Of a stretch of DNA of 64,000 nucleotides, positions 57,627-64,000 are shown in pieces. Each line of letters opens with the position of its first letter. The first letter of the stretch is position 1. Location: the NCBI GenBank assembly GCA_903939515.1, contig CAJAHH010000111.1, positions 17,415 through 81,414 of the forward strand, in the 5' to 3' direction. The notes below the pieces were generated by a model that saw only the letters and a list, made by a program, of their open reading frames with translations, was not told the origin of the DNA and ran no database searches. Made by a program: the position numbers and the translations under genes. Source of the stretch: an uncultured Verrucomicrobiota bacterium. GTDB lineage: Bacteria > Verrucomicrobiota > Verrucomicrobiia > Limisphaerales > UBA9464.

Positions 57627-57998
57627 TTAATTGAAGAATATATAAGATTAAACCATTTTGTCTAGCTTCATGATATTTTTATCATTTCTTCGGGTTTAAA
57701 TTTTCGTTCATACGACATCTTCGTCTTATTCATAGGTGTTCCTTGACTATGGGTAACACTTCACAGAGCCATCCTCCTTGAGCTCATTGAGCAATCGTCA
57801 TTCTGGATGCCGAAGCTTAGGATTATTTTTATTCAGCCCTCAATTCTAGCGGTTCAAACACACTATCTGCCCCCCTCGAAGATCATTGCCCAGGGTCTTC
57901 ATCCACGGCCATTCTTGGAGTGCTCCCATCTTTGAACCCATTGCCGATAGACGAAAAAAGCTCCGAGATCCGTCGTCGTTTGTGAATCGATCCATCTC

Positions 57999-58514
57999 GT
58001 GAACTGGGACCCCTCCAAACTGGAAGACCTCTGCCGCCTGCATACGCCGGCCTTGTTCCCATTTCTGTTAAACATCACCCGAAATGAGGCGGACACCCGG
58101 GATCTTCTCCAAGAACTCTTCGTCTCGCTGGCTCGACACCCGGATCGGATGACTGGGGTGCGGGTTCCTCGCGCCTTCCTGTTTCGCTTGGCTCACAACT
58201 TGGCTATGGATCACCTCCGGAGCCGAAACTCTCGAGACCGGGCCCATGAGGCGGCGGGGCAGGCACGCATCGATCTGTTCAACCTTCCGGCCAACCCCGA
58301 TGACGCCGCCTATGCCGAGGCGTTGAGCGCCGCCCTCGGCGAGTTGCCGCCCGACCAACGTGCCGTGGTCCACCTGAAACTCTGGGAAGGCATGACCCTG
58401 GAGTCCATCGGTCAAACTCTTGAGATCTCCCCCAACACCGCGGCCAGCCGCTACCGCTACGGCTTGGAGAAACTGCGCCTCTTGCTGCGCCCGCTCTACG
58501 ATCAGCTGAACTGA
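57999..58514 (+). CDS. ECF-type sigma-70 family RNA polymerase sigma factor
   Basis: 171 aa (GTG start). Region 2 is DLLQELFVSLARH...FLFRLAHNLAMDHLR. Region 4 is RAVVHLKLWEGMTLESIGQTLEISPNTAASRYRYGLEKLR. Confidence 0.85.
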   Translation: MNWDPSKLEDLCRLHTPALFPFLLNITRNEADTRDLLQELFVSLARHPDRMTGVRVPRAFLFRLAHNLAMDHLRSRNSRDRAHEAAGQARIDLFNLPANPDDAAYAEALSAALGELPPDQRAVVHLKLWEGMTLESIGQTLEISPNTAASRYRYGLEKLRLLLRPLYDQLN

Positions 58515-58550
58515 AACCCACAGCGCTCTCACTAATTTTTCCCTGCTGCC

Positions 58551-59060
58551 ATGAAAGACGAATTTGAACAACGACTCGCCCGCCACTCTCTTCGAGCGGC
58601 GCCTCCGGAGGTGACAGCCGAACTCATCGCCGCTCTCCGTGCCCAGCGGACGGATACTCGCACGCAGGCTTCTGTGCTGCGGACCCCCAGGGATTCTGGC
58701 GACAGCGGCTTGAGCGCGGCGGTCTGGCGAACCCTGGGACTGCTGTGGGCCGGTGCATTGGCGATGCTTTGCTGGAGCAATTTGGGTTTAGAGAGTCCGT
58801 CAGGCCCCTCGATCCGACTCAGCCCCGAGCAGGTGGCTGCGATCCGTGCCGAGCGTGCAGCCTTGCGAGAGCTGGCCAACTTCCAGGAATTACCCACCGA
58901 AACCACGGACCGAAACCAACCATCCCAACGCCCGCCGGAACCCAAGGACGGGGCTCGTCCTCAGCGCCCGCGTTCGCAACGCAGCGGGCCCTCGCATCCG
59001 ATCTTGGGTGATCTGCACCACCCCCGAATCCAGACCTCCGAAAGGGACCCAGTGTCCTGA
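58551..59060 (+). CDS. Putative anti-sigma factor (single-pass membrane protein)
   Basis: 169 aa, 36 nt after the ECF sigma gene, with one TM (VWRTLGLLWAGALAMLCW). The call rests on position only. Confidence 0.45.
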   Translation: MKDEFEQRLARHSLRAAPPEVTAELIAALRAQRTDTRTQASVLRTPRDSGDSGLSAAVWRTLGLLWAGALAMLCWSNLGLESPSGPSIRLSPEQVAAIRAERAALRELANFQELPTETTDRNQPSQRPPEPKDGARPQRPRSQRSGPSHPILGDLHHPRIQTSERDPVS

Positions 59061-59121
59061 TGCACTGAGGCCCATTTTCACTCTTCCCGATCTCCGACAA
59101 CCCTTCGCCTTTCCAAACCCC

Positions 59122-61131
59122 ATGCTCTCTCTCTCTGAATTCCTGCTCCGTTGGAATGAACGCCCCATTTGTTGGGGATTCATCCGGCCCTGGGTGCCGC
59201 AGCCGGTGGCCCGGTATTCGTGGATCCGCGTGCTGACGGTCACCGCGGCAGGCACCAGCCTGTCAGCGTTGGGTTCGTGGGGTGGATTCTGGTTGGCCCT
59301 GAGCAGCGTCGCCTCCGCCGAGACCTCGGAGTTGTTGGCCTCCATGCAAGGCTGGATGACCGGAGCCGCAGCCGAATTCGGGCTCTTGGCCGGACTCTCG
59401 TGGAGCCTGCTTTCGAGGCGCTGTTGGAATCACCGGGCCCAACGCCTGAACTCCACCCCAGAGACCTCGGCACCGGAGCCCTGGCCCCGGTTGAGGCTCT
59501 GGACCGGCGCATTCCCGTCCGTCGCCTACGCCGCCCTCGTTTTCGTGGCGACTCCCCTGCTCCTCTTCCATGCGATTGAGAACGCACGCGGGGCCTTGGT
59601 GTGGCGACAAACCCGGGCGACCCTGAAAGCCCGGGGCGAATGCCTGGAGTTGGCCTGCATCATCCCGGCCCCGGTCCGCGACGAGGAGAACTTCTTCGCC
59701 ACGCCGTTCTGGAGCCATTTCCACTACACCCGGACGACCGACGCCTCGGGCCGAAACAGCACCATCCAATGGGCCGACACCAACTGGAGCGAGGTCACCC
59801 GGGAATTGTCTCTCCCGAACGTCCCGACGCCCAAGAATCGACTGGGAGTGCCACCGGAAAAAACGCCGGAGGGCCGGACCGATCTAGCGGCCTGGGCCGT
59901 CGCCTTCCGCACCTCGACTTCCAACACCCTCCATCGCCCCGCTCGCGGTTCCTATGGTTCCGGTGTCCAGTGGGTCGCCTACCCGATCCCAGAAACCCCG
60001 GGAAACCCCGCGGCCGATGTGCTCCAGGCCCTCACGAAACTCGATCCCGTCCTGGCGGAATTCCAGGCGGCCTCCGATCGCCCGCACAACCGGTATCCCC
60101 ACCATTACGAGGAGGGTTTCAGCGCGGTGCTGAACTCAGTGGGGCATATCAGATCGAAGACCCGATCCCTCGCTCTGCGCTCCGCCGCCCGGTTGGCTCA
60201 AGGCCAAACCGCCGAGGCCGCTGCGGATGTGGTACTGGCCTTCCGATTGGGGGACAGCCTGCGCGAGGACCCCTACCAAATCAGCCAATTGGTGCGCTAC
60301 GTGTGCGATACCATCGCCCTGCGCGCGCTTTGGGAAGGCCTCATCGACCATCGGTGGTCGGACGAGCAGTTGGCCCGGTTTCAAGACGTTCTGACCCGAC
60401 GCGACTACGCCCCGGGGCTCATCCGGGCCATCGAATGCGAGCGGAACGTCGCCGGCTACGAACTCGAGCGCATTCTCGCCGATCGCATCGGCCGGTTGCA
60501 TCAATTGGACGCCCTGGGCGGAAACAACTCGCCCAGCGAAGCAGAGGAGTACTCGACCGCGATCTCCGTCCTGATGCCCGACGGTTGGTTCCGACAAAAC
60601 CAGGCCCAACTGATGCTGGGCTACCAGAACCTGCTCGACTCGGCCCGGACCGCCATGAAGCCCAACAATCGATCCCAGGCGCTGAAGGAAGCCCAGGCCT
60701 TGGACGAGGTCGCCGACCGGTTCCTGATGGAGTTCAGCACCCACACGACCCCGCGCAACTTCCTGGTCCGCCGACTCATGCCTTCGCTGGGCAAGGCGTC
60801 GCAGCGTGCCCAGCGTGTCATCACCCTGGCGCGACTGGGAGCCGTCGCCTGCGCCCTCGAGCGACACCAGCGCGCCCACGGACGCTATCCCGAATCGCTG
60901 CTCGACCTGGAGCCGACGACGTTGAAGGCCCTGCCGGACGATTGGATGAGTGGACAACCCTTCCACTACCGACGCACGGAGGACGGCCGCTTCGAACTCT
61001 GGAGCGTGGGTCCGGATGGGAAGGACGACGGCGGGGTCTACCGCACCCGGAACCGGAAAAACGACAGCGTCAGCGAAGATCGGGACTGGCCCTGGCCTTC
61101 CGCCACTCCGAACACCGAGCGGATGTTCTGA
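59122..61131 (+). CDS. Membrane protein of unknown function with GspG-like C-terminal motif
   Basis: Start chosen at MLSLSEFLLRWNERP (ATG 59122); the track ORF from 58846 overlaps the anti-sigma gene out of frame. It has N-terminal TM segments. The C-terminal FELWSVGPDGKDDGG resembles the LGxDGxxGG box of type II secretion pseudopilins. Confidence 0.55.
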   Translation: MLSLSEFLLRWNERPICWGFIRPWVPQPVARYSWIRVLTVTAAGTSLSALGSWGGFWLALSSVASAETSELLASMQGWMTGAAAEFGLLAGLSWSLLSRRCWNHRAQRLNSTPETSAPEPWPRLRLWTGAFPSVAYAALVFVATPLLLFHAIENARGALVWRQTRATLKARGECLELACIIPAPVRDEENFFATPFWSHFHYTRTTDASGRNSTIQWADTNWSEVTRELSLPNVPTPKNRLGVPPEKTPEGRTDLAAWAVAFRTSTSNTLHRPARGSYGSGVQWVAYPIPETPGNPAADVLQALTKLDPVLAEFQAASDRPHNRYPHHYEEGFSAVLNSVGHIRSKTRSLALRSAARLAQGQTAEAAADVVLAFRLGDSLREDPYQISQLVRYVCDTIALRALWEGLIDHRWSDEQLARFQDVLTRRDYAPGLIRAIECERNVAGYELERILADRIGRLHQLDALGGNNSPSEAEEYSTAISVLMPDGWFRQNQAQLMLGYQNLLDSARTAMKPNNRSQALKEAQALDEVADRFLMEFSTHTTPRNFLVRRLMPSLGKASQRAQRVITLARLGAVACALERHQRAHGRYPESLLDLEPTTLKALPDDWMSGQPFHYRRTEDGRFELWSVGPDGKDDGGVYRTRNRKNDSVSEDRDWPWPSATPNTERMF

Positions 61132-61309
61132 GCCGGAACGATTCAGTTGGGAGGAAAGGGATGGCGTGGCGGATTGTTTCTTAAGACGAGGCGAGAGCGA
61201 GGCGCGGGCCACACTGAGGTTCGTGCTTGAGGCCCGTAACGAGTGAACAACGAAGCTTTTGAGGAAGAAGACGCAGCCAGCGCGACCGATCCAATGGGAT
61301 CGTTCCGGC
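61132..61309. repeat. 178-nt imperfect-palindromic intergenic element, copy 2
   Basis: Same element as 20944-21108 and the same plus-strand orientation. By hand alignment 146 of 158 alignable positions are identical. The apical loop is 20 nt instead of 7 nt. Confidence 0.8.
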
Positions 61310-61369
61310 AAAGCCCGAAGCAAAACCGTCGTGACCCCTGACTTGGCCCCGGGCACCTTGCGTCCCTCC

Positions 61370-62131
61370 ATGAACATTCCATTCTGCCACGGCGTTCCGG
61401 GAACGGTCGCCACATTGATGTCGGCCCTACTGCTTTCGATGACCGTGATCACCGCACCCGTCGAGGCGGCGAGCATTCCCCTCAAGAACGGTCAGAAGAT
61501 CGGCTTTATGGGAGATTCGATCACCCAGGCCGGCGTCGAGCCCCAGGGCTATGTGACGCTGGTGATTCGAGGCCTCGAGGCCAACGGCGTTCGGGTGAGT
61601 TCCATCCCGGCGGGCATTAGCGGTCACAAGTCCAACCAAATGCTCGAGCGGCTCGATCACGACGTCCTGAGCAAGAAACCCGACTGGATGACCTTGAGCT
61701 GCGGGGTCAACGACGTGTGGCACGGGGCCAACGGCATCCCCCTGGAACCTTACAAAAAGAACATCACTGAAATTGTGGAGAAGTGTCAGGCCGCCGGCGT
61801 GAAGGTGATGATCCTGACGTCCACCATGATCGGCGAGGATGCGCCCAACTCCAACAACCAGAAGCTCGCCGCCTACAACGACTTCCTGCGCGCCTTGGCC
61901 AAGAAGAAGAAGTGCCGGCTGGCCGACCTGAACGCCGACATGCAGGCCGCCATCACCAAGGCCGGACCCGATCACAAAGGCAACCTGCTCACAAGCGACG
62001 GCGTCCACATGAACCCCGAAGGCAATCGCATGATGGCTACCGGGGTGCTGAAGGCCTTTGGTCTCAGCACTAAGCAGCTCAAGAAAGCCCAGGACAGCTG
62101 GTCACAACCGGCCTCGACCAAGGCTCATTGA
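61370..62131 (+). CDS. SGNH/GDSL-family hydrolase
   Basis: Start chosen at MNIPFCHG... with a signal peptide. Block I is IGFMGDSITQAG and block V is SDGVHMNPEGN. The track ORF from 61259 runs through the repeat and is rejected. Confidence 0.8.
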   Translation: MNIPFCHGVPGTVATLMSALLLSMTVITAPVEAASIPLKNGQKIGFMGDSITQAGVEPQGYVTLVIRGLEANGVRVSSIPAGISGHKSNQMLERLDHDVLSKKPDWMTLSCGVNDVWHGANGIPLEPYKKNITEIVEKCQAAGVKVMILTSTMIGEDAPNSNNQKLAAYNDFLRALAKKKKCRLADLNADMQAAITKAGPDHKGNLLTSDGVHMNPEGNRMMATGVLKAFGLSTKQLKKAQDSWSQPASTKAH

Positions 62132-62253
62132 TCGAAGGACCTCGGCGGGAGTCCCCAGGATCCACTGAGACTCTTGGCTACCCTTTCCTACCAGCCCCTC
62201 GATCCAGAAAAGCCCACCGATCCCACCCCGTCGCTCCATAGCTCCGACCCGCC

Positions 62254-63672
62254 ATGTTCCGAGGCGTCCTGCTCCGATCGACCACTCTCTGGGTCCTCCT
62301 CCTCGTGACCCTCGCGACCCCACCCGCCGTGGGCGTAGCCCCGGAGTCGACACTCAGCCCGTCCCGCGTGGAACTTGGCGGAAACCCGCGGGTCCGCGAA
62401 ACGGAGCCCATCGCGCCGAAGCGCCTGAGCGACAGCGCTCTCATGCGCGAAGTCCAACAGCGCACCTTCCGCTACTTCTGGGACGGTGCGGAACCCCACT
62501 CCGGAGCGGCCCGCGAACGCGTCCACGTCGACGGCGACTACCCCGACCACGACGCGCACATCGTCACTTCCGGAGGCACGGGCTTCGGCGTGATGGCCCT
62601 TCTGGTGGGCATCGAACGGGGCTTCATCACGCGGACTGAAGGGGCCAAGCGCCTGACCCGCATCGTGGGCTTCTTGGAGAAGGCCGACCGCTTCCATGGT
62701 GCCTGGCCCCATTGGCTCGAAGGCCCGACCGGCCGGGTAAAACCCTTCAGCCGCAACGACAATGGCGGCGACCTGGTGGAGAGCGCCTTTCTGGTGCAAG
62801 GGCTGCTCTGCGTGCGCCAATACTTCCGCAACGGTTCCCCGGCGGAACAAGTCCTGGCCGAACGTATCGACCGCCTGTGGCGCGGCGTGGAATGGGACTG
62901 GTACCAACGCGGCGGACAGAACGTCCTCTACTGGCATTGGTCACCCGACCGGGGCTGGGCCATGAACTTCCCGATCGAGGGCTACAACGAATGCCTGATC
63001 GCCTATGTGCTGGCCGCGGCATCACCCACCCACCCCATCCCCGCAGCGGCCTACCACGAGGGCTGGGCGCGCAGCGGGCGCGTTAAAAACAACGCCGATC
63101 CAAAAAACCGGGGGCCGCAGTTGGAGCTCAACCACCAGGGAGATTCCCGGTCCGGCGGCCCCCTCTTCTGGTCACACTATTCCTTCCTCGGCCTCGACCC
63201 ACGCGGACTCCGTGACCGCTACGCCGACTACTGGCGGCACAACGTGGAGCACACGCGAATCAACCGGCAGCACTGCATCGACAACCCGCACGGCTACCGC
63301 GGCTACGGCCCCCAGTGCTGGGGATTGACCGCTGGATACTCGGTGGGGTTCTACGCGGCGCACCGCCCGGGCGAAGACCTGGGAGTGATTTCCCCCACGG
63401 CCGCCCTGTCATCCTTCCCCTACACCCCGAGGGAAAGCCTGCGAGCCCTCCGTCATTTCCACGACGAACTCGGCCATTGGATCTACGGCCCTTACGGCTT
63501 CTACGACGGCTTCAGCCTCCATCACCGCTGGTGCAAACCCTGGTACCTGGCCATCGATCAGGGCCCCATCGTGGTCATGATGGAAAACCACCGCACCGGC
63601 CTGCTCTGGCGCCTCTTCATGTCCTGCCCTGAGGTGCAAACCGGGCTGAACCAACTGGGATTCCGGTTTTGA
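62254..63672 (+). CDS. Glucoamylase-like family protein (PF10091 / GH144 endo-beta-1,2-glucanase-like)
   Basis: 472 aa with a signal peptide. TSGGTGFGVMALLVGIERGFITR...FHGAWPHWL is recalled as typical for this family. The assignment comes from memory of motifs, not a search. Confidence 0.65.
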   Translation: MFRGVLLRSTTLWVLLLVTLATPPAVGVAPESTLSPSRVELGGNPRVRETEPIAPKRLSDSALMREVQQRTFRYFWDGAEPHSGAARERVHVDGDYPDHDAHIVTSGGTGFGVMALLVGIERGFITRTEGAKRLTRIVGFLEKADRFHGAWPHWLEGPTGRVKPFSRNDNGGDLVESAFLVQGLLCVRQYFRNGSPAEQVLAERIDRLWRGVEWDWYQRGGQNVLYWHWSPDRGWAMNFPIEGYNECLIAYVLAAASPTHPIPAAAYHEGWARSGRVKNNADPKNRGPQLELNHQGDSRSGGPLFWSHYSFLGLDPRGLRDRYADYWRHNVEHTRINRQHCIDNPHGYRGYGPQCWGLTAGYSVGFYAAHRPGEDLGVISPTAALSSFPYTPRESLRALRHFHDELGHWIYGPYGFYDGFSLHHRWCKPWYLAIDQGPIVVMMENHRTGLLWRLFMSCPEVQTGLNQLGFRF

Positions 63673-63838
63673 GCCCAGGCACTGATCCCAACTGGGTTCT
63701 GCAGCGCTTCTACAGATGTGACGACCGTGGGGAATTTTTCGTAAAGTCCCGAGGTTACAGGGCGACACCGTTCGAAGGGCGCGGATGGCGGGTTCCACGC
63801 TGGTTTTCCCGAAGGCTGGGGGGTAGACTCATTCCTTC

Positions 63839-64000
63839 ATGAGGTTGTTGATTGCTTCCCTATGGATGTGGCTCCTGCCAATAGGCTTGGCGCAAAATAG
63901 CTCCACACCGCCTTCGGCCACGGGTCGTCCCGTGCCCAAGCTCGTCCTGACCAACTCGCTGGACGCGTTCACGGCACCGGCCGCTCGAGCCCCTTCCACC
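63839..64000 (+). CDS. 5' end of a secreted hypothetical protein (partial)
   Basis: ATG at 63839, then MRLLIASLWMWLLPIGLAQNSST... (signal peptide). Open to the window end. Confidence 0.3.
   Translation, partial: MRLLIASLWMWLLPIGLAQNSSTPPSATGRPVPKLVLTNSLDAFTAPAARAPST

Noticed and set aside
60136-61485. 449-aa minus-strand ORF, plus the 26077..27315, 34680..35642, 37527..38744 and 38989..39939 ORFs
   Set aside because: All are antisense to well-supported genes, or run through the intergenic repeat. They lack family motifs and are shadow ORFs.

Overview
Visibly GC-rich chromosomal segment. The gene content points to the PVC superphylum (Verrucomicrobiota/Planctomycetota); this is inference from family content only: two PSCyt1/DUF1549/DUF1553 + DUF1501 modules, a sulfatase, a DUF1559-type pseudopilin and Tat-signal oxidoreductases. 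I can support about 55 protein genes, one initiator tRNA, a few terminators and promoters, and several repeats. I recognised no rRNA, CRISPR array, transposase or integrase. Many long ORFs in the track are antisense shadow ORFs typical of high-GC DNA. Several real genes have shorter true starts than the track suggests. The core content has a one-carbon/folate theme: purU, a MetE-like methyltransferase, gcvT, metF, folE2 and an NAD-type formate dehydrogenase operon fdsGBAD. Housekeeping genes include valS, mnmE, rpsT and tRNA-fMet. An accessory-looking stretch (about 25.8-35.9 kb) holds a DUF2892 gene with an in-frame stop, an AAA_14/DUF4143 ATPase and a PIN-RHH cassette bracketed by direct repeats. 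The same stretch also holds a membrane-anchored protein of tandem carboxypeptidase-regulatory-like domains, a beta-lactamase-fold hydrolase, HigBA and a GntR(YtrA)-ABC operon. The most unusual unannotated signal is a 165/178-nt imperfect-palindromic intergenic element present twice (20944-21108 and 61132-61309). Its two copies differ by substitutions that preserve predicted helices and by an expanded apical loop. It is either an ERIC/Correia/MITE-like repeat or a structured RNA family. I could not identify a clearly novel multi-gene system with confidence; candidates are listed with their limits.
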